Source: Octopus sinensis
Taxonomy: Eukaryota
Length of the DNA: 64,000 bases
Assembly (NCBI RefSeq): GCF_006345805.1
Contig: NC_043001.1
Location: 930,001 to 994,000 of the forward strand
Direction of reading: 5' to 3'
The notes beneath the pieces are model-generated. The model was not told where the DNA came from and ran no database searches. It worked only from the letters and a program-made list of their open reading frames with translations. Shown piece after piece: positions 48,789 through 61,413 of the stretch (the stretch's first letter is position 1; each line of letters starts with the position of its first letter). A program made the translations under genes and the position numbers.

Positions 48789-48947
48789 TTAACAAGGCAA
48801 TCAATGGTTTTATGAGAAGAGATCTTCACAATTGTTCAAGTTTACCACATAGCTCCATTTTGGATGAGAATGAAGATAAGTACCAATGTAGCATGCTTGA
48901 ACAATTGTGAAGATCTTCTTACATAAAACCATTGGTTGCCTTGTTAA
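48789..48947. mobile_element. Small fold-back/MITE-like element
   Basis: ~52-bp arms TTAACAAGGCAATCAATGGTTTTATG..GATCTTCACAATTGTTCAAG and its reverse complement. TTAA at both ends. Confidence 0.6.
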
Positions 48948-49013
48948 CCAGCAAATAAAAAAAAATGAGATATTAGTGTATTAGTGTGTATATACATACA
49001 TAAATATATATAA

Positions 49014-49060
<47 letters not shown>

Positions 49061-49634
49061 TGTATGTATGTATGTATGTATGTATGTATGTATGTATACA
49101 CACACACACAAACACCTGCTTATTTTTGACTGGGTTTCTACACTTGGATGCCCTTCCTAATATCAATCTATTTACAGAGCACATGGCATACATTTTATGA
49201 TGGTAACCAGCATCACAGAAGTTGCTTTGTCAAGATCTTCCCAGTTCAATATGGTCAACATTTATATTGGACAACAGGGTCAACAGGGTTGGCAGAAAAT
49301 GCATGGGTTGAGCTGGAGAAAGGGGTCCAAGTATGAAGGGAGAAACAAGCTGACTGGGGTGATAAGATGAAGTCAGGTGATATGGGATGCAGGGAAAGAT
49401 TCTGTGTGAAGTGGGGGAAGGCAGAGGGATTGAGGGTGATAGTGTAAAAAAGGGTTGAGAAATGGGAGAGAGAGATAAAGAGAGAGAGAGAGAAATAGAG
49501 AGATAGAGAAGGGGATTGATAGTTTTATATATGTGTGTGTGTGTATGTATGTGTCTAGATTATATATTTGTGTATATGCATTTATATTTATCTGCATTTT
49601 CATACACATATGTTTGTATGTGTGTGTGTATATA

Positions 49635-50424
49635 TCTCTCTATATATAAACGGCAGTTTGTCTGTCTGTGTGTCTGTCAGGTTGTACCCTCACCCTGACC
49701 ACGGCTTTCAACCGATTCTGATGAAACTTGACACACACATAGCCCAATGTCATAATTCAAAACTAACGCATCAAAAATTTTGAAAAGTTCCCCCAGTTCT
49801 GAAAAAAATCGATAAATTCGACATGGGTCGAGAATCTAAGCTTTTTATATGCAACACATTTTCTACAGACTGTCATGGGGACGCAACTCGACCTTTTTAA
49901 CTCTCGGAACACGTGGGGTAAGTATCCCAAAATGTATAACAATGTACAAAAACGGCAAAAAAGCGGGCAGCAATGTGAGTGACAACAACGAAAAAGTCAA
50001 AAGTGACCAAACTGAACAAACGAATGAAAAAGGTTTTTTGGTGCAAACGACAAAAGCGGTTTATAATAAACCAAGAGTTTGCAAGTAGCGTCCGAGAACC
50101 TTTAGGGTACGTCAAAAATATAAGGTAAAACGTTTGGGGTGGTAGAAAGTGTAAACAAAAAAAGTATTTGAATAACTTGCAGCTGCAGCAGCTATTAGCA
50201 GAAGTGGCGGTGTTGGGGGTAAAGTCTCGAATGTAATTTCTTCCTGGTAGGAATTGGTTGGGTTGAATTATCGATAGCTGTTTGATAGTTATTTGGGAGT
50301 GAAGAGAAGACATTGCAACCTACACATGCGCCTCCATTCCCTAGAGGGAAAGGACTAGATTGGGATTAGTCATTGCCTACTAGGGGCTCTTACATACCCG
50401 GGCAACACCGGGCTATGCTGCTAG
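49635..50424 (+). mobile_element. Complete non-autonomous Helitron
   Basis: A|TC 5' end at 49635; 3' hairpin CCCGGGCAACACCGGG (50397-50412); CTAG|T at 50421-50425; no TSD, A|T insertion. Confidence 0.85.
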
Positions 50425-51021
50425 TATATATATATATACATATATCCAGGATAAGTATGTACATATACATGTGTGTTTGTGTTATGAAACACAAAGTCAC
50501 AACATATTTATTTCAATCAGTTCCATTACAGATGTATAGCGTGTGTGTGTGTGCATGCAAAAACCAAGTAAACAAACTGTAATGTTCTGACATAGACCAA
50601 GCCACACAATTCAGCCAATAAAATCACTTGCTTGCATTCACTGCAGGACACCATCCACCCCAAGCGATGTTTGCTCTCAGTAGAGTAAAACATTTAAACA
50701 CAATTTGAAGTTTTTTTATTTGTGGATAAATACATTAAATAAAAGTCTAAATTCAGAAAAGAGTTCAGAAATATAATTGTGTGTGGGTGTGTATATATGC
50801 ATTTATTTTTCACCAATCCATGTCAGTCCTGCAACAAACAACAATTTAGATGCATAGAGAACAACGACAATTAATTTAAGTGTAATTATAACACTGTAGA
50901 CACACATCAAGTGTAACTGCATCATACGTAATAGATTGTCGGAAAATTCATAGCAGGTTTCTTTTCTCTTTAACATAAAAACACCACAAAACATTAACAG
51001 TTTTTTTCTTTTAATCTATAG

Positions 51022-51057
<36 letters not shown>

Positions 51058-51483
51058 TTTGCAGGTATCTCTTGGAAATATCAGTGCACAAACTTTAGAA
51101 TTTTTCTGAAAAAACAATTCAACTTCCCAGAAAAATTAGCAGACTTAAATACCAAAGACAATGATAACATCCCATGTAAATTTGGTTCTCTTATTATATA
51201 TACAAATACTCTGTGTGTGTGTGTGTGTGTGGTGCATATATAAAGTCGATACATAAGAGATATAACTTCAGTTAAGTATGTCTAGAAAACTTCAGAAAAT
51301 TTGATTTAGGAGAAGATAAAATGAAAATTTTATTTATGAAAATTTTGTCTTGTAATATTTAAGAGAGAGAACATCTAACCAAGAAGACTCACTGACATGA
51401 GACAACATGCATCTCAATAACAACACAAGAACATTTTTACAGCTACAGAAACTTTATATACTAATATTCCACAGTTATCTCTG

Positions 51484-51556
<73 letters not shown>

Positions 51557-52172
51557 GCACAAACACTCTGTGGTTTTACTTGTGAATATCAAAGCAGAAG
51601 ATAAACAAATTTCTATACTAACAACACCAAGATATGCCCCACTAATAACCCTTCTTTCAAATACAAACAGGAAATATCCTCAATAATAACAAGAAATAAA
51701 AAACAAACCAGCAAAAACATACCACCTATTTACATTCTTTTGTGAACCCCTAAAAGTGTCCATTAAGAAAAAGTTGACACCCAATTACTAAGGTTTTAAC
51801 TACTGGACTAAACTTTGAACCTTTGACCTTTACATTGTCAAAGCAAAAGATTGAATCCTATAAAATCAAAAACCACTAAAACTACAGATGTGTCCCATAC
51901 TTAACAAAAGGACATATCTAAATATTCATGTCTGCTTGCAAAATTCTACATACATGAATAAATTCTAAACAGTAACATAATCCCAAATATAGTCAATAAA
52001 AATTTCTCCAAAACACTGCTTCATAAGACCCACTACAAGCTCAATTACCACGCCACTCAAACCCACATACTCGAGGAAGATCTTTTAACTCAACAGAGAA
52101 TATATAAAGCCAAGATTAACTTCAAAGCATCGCAATTTCATGATGGCTGAGATGAAACTTTGAAGATACTGT

Positions 52173-52213
<41 letters not shown>

Positions 52214-52519
52214 ATACTGAGACCATTCTCATACAGACCTGTGTTTATCCATTTGGACAAACTCTGTAAATACTCCTTTTCTTCTCCATTCACCACTGAG
52301 GGGCCAAGTTTTCTTGTCCAATGATGATAATAAGACATCATCTATGGAACTACAACCATTATGCAAAATCTGCGCTTGCATGATATGTCCTGCACACAAA
52401 TGAATCCCACCACTTCTACTACACCCCATACTACACTAGTATGTTTGTATGTGTATGTGCAGTTACATACATATACGTATACATTCACACACATACATAC
52501 ATGCATACATTTGCTGCTG

Positions 52520-52570
<51 letters not shown>

Positions 52571-53031
52571 TATTTTTTCATTAATTCATTCAATGTTGAC
52601 GTTTTTTTGCCAGTAAAGACAAAATACAGAGTTATCTAAGGAAGGATTCTATGGATGGATGCTCTTCCTGTTGCCAACCCTTAATGGTATTTCAAGAAAA
52701 GGGTTATTTTCTACCAAATGTTTCTCTAAGTGTTTACAAGAAATGTCAACAACATCACTGTTTCACTCGAGAGAGAACAAGTGCAGAATAAGGAATTGGT
52801 TGGCCTTAGGTTATAATTAACTCACTGGAACCAAGACCAAGACCATGTGATTGTAAAACAAATCTCTTAGTCATATAACCATGGTAGCACCTTACTTGTA
52901 TGTGTGTGTGTGTGTGTATTATATATATATACATACAGCCGTCTGGCTTGCCAGTCCTCAGTCAAATTGTCCAACCCATGCCAACATGGAAAGTGGATGC
53001 TAAACGATGAGGATGATGATGATGATACATA

Positions 53032-54253
53032 CAGGCTGCATAAGGTATTTGAGGACATACCTTTTTTGGGTCATTGCTGCATTTTTTGCTAACTCTGTAT
53101 AATCTTTGTTTCAGAAAATAATAATGGCAGAGCCTCAGCTTACTCAAGAAATGAAGAGGCATGCTGCTACTGTGGTTATAAACGCTGAGTATAGGGATTT
53201 AGAAATATCTCGACTTTTAAAAGTTGCCAGATCTTTCGTCTACAAAGTTTGTAAGGAGTTAGAGACTGAAGATGAAAAGGTATCACCGGCATCAAAGCGT
53301 AAAAAGCATTCTAAACGCTCTGAAATCATCAGAACACCTGAATTTATCCAATAAGTTCAACAGACCATTGATTACAATCCAAGAAAGTCCATGAGGTCAA
53401 TTGCAAAAGATCTCCATCTGTCCAAAGGAACAGTTGTCCATTAAGACATCAGATATAAGTCTTATATGATGAGGAAAGGTCAATTTATGTTAGAAAAAGT
53501 AAAATAAAATCACTACATCAGATCAAAAAGGCTCTTAAACAAGCTGAAAAATCCAACAGAAGAAGATTTGATTTGGTTTTTCTCAAACGAGGAATACTTC
53601 AGCCAAGATCAAAAAGTTAACAAAAGAAATGACAGATGGTTATTTGCAGACCCTTCTGAAGTTCCAAGTGTTATGTATACAAAATTTCCTGCAACTGTCA
53701 TGGTTTTAGGAGTTGTTAAGCAACGAAGGACATCTGATGCCTCCTTACTTCTTTTCACAAGATCTTAGAGTTAACTCTGCCACCTACATTGACGTCCTGG
53801 AAATAATTGTTAAGCCCTGGATAGACAGTGTATGCGATGGAAGGCCATATGGGTTTCAGTAAGACTCTGCACTATCACACATGGCTCTAGTGACACAGGA
53901 AAGAATGGTTGAAAATTTTCATGATCACACAACCCCTAACATTTGGCCTCCTAATTCCCCAGATCTCAATCTATTGGACAACATGTGAAGCATTGTTGAG
54001 AGAGAGGTCATTGAACATGCCCATAGCACCAAAGATTCTTTGAAAGTTGCCATATCAGAGTAATGTCCAAAATGAACCAGGATTCGAACATGTAGATGCT
54101 TTAGATCTTGTATAGAAGCAGTTGTTGAAGCTGAAGATGGCTTTATTGAATAACATTATAGAAAAGAAGGTTTATTTTCATCCTCATAGCATATTTTGAT
54201 AAATAAAGTTATTATTTATCTGTTTTTTATAAACATAAATCTGTCCTCAAATA
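53032..54253 (+). mobile_element. Decayed DD37D (maT)-type Tc1/mariner element, right TIR truncated
   Basis: TA then TIR CAGGCTGCATAAGGTATTTGAGGACA. Transposase pieces ISRLLKVARSFVYKV, WFFSNE..QDQKVNKRNDRW, TKFPATVMVLGVV and a WPPNSPDLNLLD-like motif. Only TGTCCTCAAATA remains of the right TIR. Confidence 0.8.
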
Positions 54254-55174
54254 GTGTAGTGGACATCCATCTGTCATCGATGATGGTCAATTAAAGACTG
54301 TCAGTGAGAAAGATCCACGTAAAACTACTCAACAACTGGCACAAGAACTTCAAGTTAGCCAGAAAACTGACTGCAATCATTTGCATGAAACTGGAAAATC
54401 GAAAAAGCTCAACAAATGGGTACCACACGATTTGAATGAAAATCAGAAAATGAGCAGATATGAACTTTGCTTATTGCTTCTTCTCCATAACCAGACCAAT
54501 CCATTTCTTGGCTGTATTGGAACTTGTGATGAAAAGTGGAGACTGTACAATAATAAAAAATGTTCTTTGCAGTTGTTGGAGCAAAATGAAGCACTGAAAA
54601 CCTTCCTTGAGCCTGAGCTCTTCAAAAAGAAGGTGATGGTGACTGTTTGGTGGTGAACTGCTGGACTCATCCACTATAACTTCTTAAAACCTGGAAAAAC
54701 CATTACTGCAGAAACATATTGCCATGAAATTGCCAAAATGAATGAAAAACTGCTACTCCTCCATCCCATATTGGTCAACAAAAGAGGGCCAATCATTCTT
54801 CATGACAATACTCAACAACACATTTCACTAATGATGCTCCAGAAATTGAGGGAATTTGGCTACGATGTTCTTCCCCACCCATCTTATTCTCTAGACCTTT
54901 CTCCTACTGACTCTCGCTTTTTCAAGCACCTTGATGGTTTCCTGTGAGAGAAGGGGTTCAAAAATCAAACTGATGCGGAAAGTGCATTCAAAGAGTTCAT
55001 CAACTCTAGAACTCCAGATTTTGATGTTTCCAGAATAAACCAACTTGTAACTCATTGGCAAAAGTCTGTTAATTGTAATGGTGCTTACTTTGATGAGTAA
55101 AATTTCTGCATTGTTGAAATATATTGGGATTAATTTCATGTTTCAAAACGTTGCTTACTTTTTACTCAGCCTGA
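54254..55174 (+). mobile_element. 5'-truncated DD34D mariner (Hsmar/SETMAR-like) remnant
   Basis: KLNKWVPHDL, TCDEKW, KKVMVTVWW, ILHDNTQQH, HPSYSLDLSPTD..FKHL. Right TIR CTTACTTTTTACTCAGCCTGA followed by TA. Confidence 0.85.
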
Positions 55175-55844
55175 TATATATCACATAGTTATATAGCATG
55201 TAAATTTTACACACACACACACACTTGCAAACACATTCAAGCATGTATATCCCTTCTTCAACTGAAAGTAGTATAATTTTAGTGACTTCGATATCTGTAT
55301 CTGAGCATTAAATAACAAGACCTCATCACAACGACAACGACGACAACAACAACAATCACCACCACCACGACCACCACCAGCACCAATGACAACAATACAC
55401 CTGGTAAGGTAATAAGTGAGCCAATAGGAATGTGTTGCTGCTACAGCAGTTTCTTCTTTATTCACTAAATGACAGAGAAATAGGTAAATCTCCAGCAACG
55501 GTCCTTCAAGTCCTACTAAAAATGCCTTTTAACTAACTTCAAGACTGTTCTGCGAATCAATAAGCTTTCCAAATATCAATACTAGAATCATTCATCGGAA
55601 CTAATCGTGTTCTTGTAATTGAGCACTTAGCAAAGCATTATGAAGGATTTTTTCTTCATCCTCTTCCTTCCTTTCTCTCTTCCTTTCCTTCTGCATCTTC
55701 ATCTTTATTATTATTATTATTATTATCATCTTTACTTCTATCATTATTGGATTTTATTTCATTTCTCTCTTGCAGCTCTTTTCTTCCGATTATTTTTTCA
55801 TTTCATTTCTCTATTTTCAAAAGTATATCATCATAGAATCTTCC

Positions 55845-55959
55845 TTCCTTTCCTTCCTTCGTTTCTTTCTTTCTTGCTTCCTTCCTTCCTTCCTTCATTT
55901 CTTTCTTTCGTTCTTTCGTTCTTTCTTTCTTTCTTTCTTTCTTCCTTCATTTCTTTCGT

Positions 55960-55995
<36 letters not shown>
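55845..55995. repeat. (TTTC/TTCC)n polypyrimidine microsatellite
   Basis: Directly visible. Confidence 0.95.
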
Positions 55996-56002
<7 letters not shown>

Positions 56003-56945
56003 CTGTTTACTCTACCTTATTCTTTCATTCTGTTCTTCCTTCTAAACTTTAGTTTTCTTTCCTTCACTGAAAATTTCTTTCATTCAATTTTTTTTATAAA
56101 TTGATTTTTCTGTTGTCTTCTTTCTTCAAATTCCTCTCTTTTCCCCCGATTTATTCTTTGGTTTTCAATTCCAGCCTTTGCCATTTAATCAACATTTATT
56201 TCATTCTTGACTTTTCTTAAAAAAATCTGTCTTTCACTCATAATTCTTTTCATGACCTCACTCATTCATCTGGACTATAAAAAATGCATATCTGCCTGTC
56301 TGCCTGTTTACCTATCTACTTTATCTATCTATCTATCTATCTATTTACCTATCTGTTAGTCTGCCTGTCTGTCTGTCTGTCTGTCTGTCTACCTACATAC
56401 ATATGTATGTATTTCTCTACCTACCTACATACATGCGTATGTATATATGTATGCATATACCAACTACCTTCCTACGTATGTACGTACATACATATGTATG
56501 TATGTATCCATCAGTTTATCTATCTATCTGTTGATTTATCTATCTGTCTGTCTATTGATCTATCTATCTGTCTGTTTGACCGTCTATTTATCTGTCTGTT
56601 TGCCTGTCTATCTATTTATCTATCTATCGATCTTGCAATCAATCAATCATGCAATCAATCAATCAATCAATCAATCTATATATCATCATTTTGTCGTTAC
56701 TTTTCCATGTTTGCATGGGTGAGTCATAATTCATCTTGGCATAATTCATCTATGACCAATTTTGCCCTTTTTGTTGTCAAACTTTGCCTGTTTCTAAGCA
56801 AGGTAAAAATTTCACATGGCCAGACGTGTTTTTTTACGCAGAAGACTGGAAACTTACAATGCTGTTTCTATGATGGTGATGCTTGTATACAACCATCACA
56901 TGATATCAAGACAAGAGTGTACATACACACGTACATAACATACAT

Positions 56946-57002
<57 letters not shown>

Positions 57003-57004
57003 GA

Positions 57005-57262
57005 AAAGGTAAAGGTCTCCTTTGGTCATGAATGACCATGAGATTGCAACTAGAAACTTCCCTTTGGAGACAGAGATCTGAGCAAGGTTGTTTATGGAAG
57101 ACCAGCAGTTGCCCATGCATACCAGCCTCCCCTCTCCAAGCCACAGATGTTATCCAAGGGAAAGGTAAAGTCCGATACGGCTTGGCACCAGTGATGTCAC
57201 AACTCGTTTCTACAGCTGAGTGAACTGGAGCAACGTGAAATTAAAGTGTCTTGCTCAAGATC
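57005..57262 (-). mobile_element. SINE 3' portion with (CCTTTA)-type tail
   Basis: Plus AAAGGTAAAGGT at the left end and GAGTGAACTGGAGCAACGTGAAATTAAAGTGTCTTGCTCAAG at the right end, a typical SINE body motif. Confidence 0.5.
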
Positions 57263-57525
57263 GTTGCATGTCTCTTTCTCTCTCTCTCATATGTGTATGT
57301 GTATAAATATATATATATACACATACATACATATGCACACCTTCATATACATTGTGTGGTTTTAGCAGAGCTATAAGCTTTACAGCAGATGTTTACAGCA
57401 ATGTTCAAATCTCACTGCCAAATCAATGTTTTTCTATCTTTTTACCAATTTTATCAAAGCTGTATTAAATCTCTGAGCAAGAGGTAAACAGTACCAGTAT
57501 GGAGTTGTGAAATATATTTGCCAAC

Positions 57526-57661
57526 TAAATGTGGCAGTTGCATACAAGACGATGCTACTGTTGTTTTCAGCTCCAGGAAGACATCTCCCCCAGTAGGTGG
57601 AGATGTCTTCCTTAGGCTAAAAACAACAGTAACATCGTCCTCTATGGGACTGCCACATTTA
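57526..57661. mobile_element. Palindromic MITE-like hairpin
   Basis: ~63-bp imperfect arms TAAATGTGGCAG...GGAAGACATCTCC and GGAGATGTCTTCC...CTGCCACATTTA, with a 10-nt loop. Confidence 0.6.
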
Positions 57662-57939
57662 ATAGCAATTTTTTTTTTACAATTTTATCAAACAAATACT
57701 ACGATACTCTGACTATTGTGAGCACTGAGACCCCTGTTGTTGGGTCAAAGGGTTTCTCATTGAAACTACTTAACATAAGGTTACTAATATAAGTGGTCAA
57801 GGGTTGTGATGTTGCTAGGATGTGGTGCTTAATACAGGTGACATTACACCATTTTCCTATCTTTTCACACACACAGACACACACGTGTGTGTGTGAGTGT
57901 ATTCAAATATGAAACAGAAGCAGAGCTAGTGCAATGAAC

Positions 57940-58654
57940 ATTATCAACCGCACATACTTAATGCACAAACTCCCTCTATTTGGAGGTAGGCTGTGATTTG
58001 GCATGGTGGTGATTCTTCTCTCGAAGTGCTGGGTGTTAAACCACCAGAAAGTCATGGACAGGTAAGACAACTCACCCTGAATCCCATTCAGGAGTGATGG
58101 ACATCAATGTTTCTCCATTTTTGTGGGTTATCAACATTATGTACCTGAACTGAATTGGAGGTGAACTGACTGTTAGTTCACTACTTAGTTGCACACATAG
58201 TGTGGAAACTATGTACTGCTATACCTGGACAGTGCATACATAGGTACAAATTTAAATATGAAATAGAATTTCCCACCAGCAAATACCCAGAACATGTAGA
58301 TTCAGCACATGTGGCCAATCATGTGGTGGCTTCCATTTCACATGTGAATTTATTCTTACCTAGACATAGTCTGGGCATCAGAGCACAGTTTTCACATTAT
58401 ATGCATATAAATTATGGTTTGGCGGTCAATTCACCTCCAATTTAGTTTGGACATGTGATGTTGATAAGCCACAAAACTAGCAAAACATTGACGTCCATCA
58501 TTCCTGAATGGAATTTAGGGTTAGTTGTCTTACCTGTCATGACTTTCAGGTGTTTTAACACCCAGCACTTTAAGAGAATAATCATCACTGCACCAAATCA
58601 CAGCCTGCTAGCAAATACACAGAGTATGTATATTAAGAATATGCAGTTGATAAT
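57940..58654. mobile_element. Fold-back DNA element with ~230-280-bp TIRs
   Basis: 57940-58170 is an imperfect reverse complement of 58425-58654 (for example AAGTGCTGGGTGTTAAA and CAGGTAAGACAACT). Short non-coding centre. Confidence 0.75.
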
Positions 58655-58671
58655 ATATATATTCATATACA

Positions 58672-58896
58672 AAGGCGGCGAGCTGGCAGAAACGTTAGCA
58701 GGCCGGGTGAAATGCGTAGCCGTATTTCGTCTGTCGTTACGTTGCGAGTTCAAATTCCGCCGAGGTCGACTTTGCCTTTCATCCTTTTGGGGTCGATAAA
58801 TAAAGTACCAGTTATGCACTGGGGTCGATGTAATCGACTTAATCCATTTCTCCTTGTTTGTCCCCTCTATGTTTAACCCTTTGTGGGCAATAAAGA
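58672..58896 (+). mobile_element. Full-length tRNA-derived SINE (short family, tail type A)
   Basis: A-box-like TGGCAGAAACG, B-box GAGTTCAAATTCC, core GTCGACTTTGCCTTTCATCCTTT.GGGGTCGATAAA, tail TGTCCCCTCTATGTTTAACCCTTTGTGGGCAATAAAG. CpGs are retained. Confidence 0.85.
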
Positions 58897-58964
58897 TATA
58901 TATATATATTCATATACATGTATATGTTTGTATGTATATATACACATATAAATATATGTGTGTG

Positions 58965-58994
<30 letters not shown>

Positions 58995-58995
<1 letters not shown>

Positions 58996-59150
58996 TATGG
59001 GATTCTTTCAGTTTCTGTCTGCCAAATCCACTCGCAAGGCTTTGGTGGGCCTGGGACTATATTAGAATATACTTGCCCAAAGTGTCAGGCAGTGGGACCG
59101 AACCAGAGAAATAGAGCTGGGAAGCAAACTTTTCTTACCACACAGCCACA
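58995..59150 (-). mobile_element. tRNA-derived SINE head (long family)
   Basis: Collinear with 40600-40756. Confidence 0.65.
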
Positions 59151-59544
59151 CACACATATATAAATATATATATATATATATCCGTGTGTGTGTGTGTGTT
59201 ATATATCATAATAACAACAGTCCTTGAATGGAATTGATAAACATTTAATATATTGTTCTGTACATTTTCCCCAATGACATCTCTTGTCCTCACTTTCCTT
59301 ATTCCTAGGATTTGTGGGAACATGAACAGTGATGCACTAAATGTTTATTAATTCCATCCAGGGATTATTGTTATTATTGTTCTATTTATCCTGTATCACA
59401 TCGGTACAGCTTGATGCAACCCAAAAAACTGGTTTATCAGTCAGCATCATTGGACTGTGGCCAGCATAATGGAATAGGAGCTTTATTGGCATATTCATAA
59501 TGTTTCCCATATTCCTGTAAACAAATTCAAAATATATGTATTTA

Positions 59545-59770
59545 ATGCACCTGTGCCAAGCTGCGTAAATGCACCGATGCTGGTAGCACTTAAAAGGCAC
59601 CCACCACACTCTGTTAAGTGGTTGTCATTAGGAAGGGCATCCAGCCATAGAAACCATACCCCAACTGGCAGCTGGGGTCTGGACAGCTCCTGGTAGCTAG
59701 CTCCATGTCAAACTGTCCAATCCATGCCAACATGGAAAGCAGATGTTAAACAATGATGATGTCGATAACG
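59545..59770 (+). mobile_element. RTE-type 3' end
   Basis: AAAGGCACCCAC..GTGGTTGTCATTAGGAAGGGCATCCAGCC..CCATGCCAACATGGAAAGCAGATGTTAAACAATGATGAT. Confidence 0.7.
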
Positions 59771-60461
59771 ATGATTATATATACATACACTAATACACTC
59801 GCACATTTTAAAACACCAAACCTCTAGCAACCTCACTCTCTCAACTTATATGCCACCACCACCACCACCACCGCCACCACCACCAATACCCTTTCCTCTA
59901 ATACATATCAAGGAACAACCAGTTGATTTCAATTGCTGATTAATTTCTTTCAATGATTTCTCAAATGGGTTTTTAAGTGGTTTGTTATTTAGAGTGTCAC
60001 ATTGCTCATCTTAAAACTCACTGGCACAAACAAAATCAATTTTAAAAAGTTCTCCTCAACTTTTTAAGTTACATTCCATCTTGAAATATCAATAACAACT
60101 TGACAAAATGAGATTTTCTTTTCTTTTCTTTTTTCCTCTTTTGTTACTTGTTTTTAAAATTATTTTATATTAGTTTTTTATTCCTTTTCTTTTTTCCAAA
60201 CTGTTTCCAAAAACATTTAAAGCTATTTTACAATCATGAAACAATACTGGATGAGAGAAAAAAGAAATTTAGTAAAAGGTAAAAGAAATGAAAACAAAAG
60301 ACGAACAAAAAACAAAACACAACGCAAGAAAAGACACAAACAAATAAAATATTCTCTATGACATTTGAAATTTTTTGAAAATTAGTTTTTAGTTTTCATT
60401 TTACCATTTCTATAATTTAAAGCTAATTTTTAACGATCCATCTGATTGAAGAGGAATAAGG

Positions 60462-60500
<39 letters not shown>

Positions 60501-61003
60501 CGACAATGATGATGATGATGATAATAGCAGCTATGTCAATGTGAGCTGAGGCAACAGAGGTGGGTCCTATGTGGATTATCAACATACTAGGAACAACAGC
60601 CAACGCTTTTGCAACCCATGCAGCAGCCTTTGATAAAGGACACATTGAATAATGTAATCTAAGGAGAAACTATCCCTGAAAAGAAAACGATGTTCATCAC
60701 GATGGGGTGGTCACCATTGGAATACTGTTGATCACTGATTGGTCTATCAGGATAGGTTTGTGGATTAAACTACAATAAAAGCAATGAGTTGTTTTTTCAC
60801 AAAGTTAAAATTTATAGAGAAGTTGTTTAGTAGAGCAAATTGACCCAAGTATATTACTGCTATTTATATTATTGAACCCCAAAATAGAGAAACCTAAGGT
60901 AACCCTTGCATCATTTGATCTCAGAAAAATCAATGCTCTCAACTTAATGCTTCACTCTACTTATTGATGTTGATGACGATGATGATGGTACTAAAGAAAG
61001 AAG

Positions 61004-61353
61004 ACCAGATATGATTATAGAGAACAAAAAAAGAAAAAAAAACAGAATAAGATCACAGACTTCGCAATGCCATACGATAATACTGTGGATAATAAGTAAA
61101 TTGAGAAATATCAGAAGCTAGCCAGAGAGATGAAGAGATTGTGGAAGACGAAGACAACAGTGATTCCTGTGGAAGTTGGTGCAGTTGGCACTACAGCCAA
61201 ACTGTTATCCAAGAAGCTGAAAGATATTGGAACTGAGACAAGCATTGTTGATCTGCAGAAAAGTGTAATCCTGTATTCTGCAAGAATCCTTAAGAAGATT
61301 CTTGAAATTTGAGGAGACTTGTCACCAAACCCCTGCTAACTCATATAGCATGT

Positions 61354-61395
<42 letters not shown>

Positions 61396-61413
61396 CATAA
61401 TCATAATAATAAT
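61004..61413 (+). mobile_element. 5'-truncated R4/Dong-like LINE with (TAA)n tail
   Basis: RPDMIIENKK..DFAMP..EKYQKLAREMKRLWK..VIPVEVGAVG..LQKSVILYSARILKKILEI*, then a short UTR and (TAA)n at 61355-61413. Confidence 0.75.

Noticed and set aside
52320-52400. C/D-box snoRNA candidate (ATGATGA start)
   Set aside because: No terminal D box (CTGA) or closing stem found.
55640-56104. 154-aa hydrophobic ORF resembling a membrane protein
   Set aside because: Translation of (TTTC)n and (TTA)n tracts.
58672-58760. tRNA gene
   Set aside because: A/B boxes are present, but the sequence continues into a SINE core and tail, with no acceptor stem or cloverleaf.
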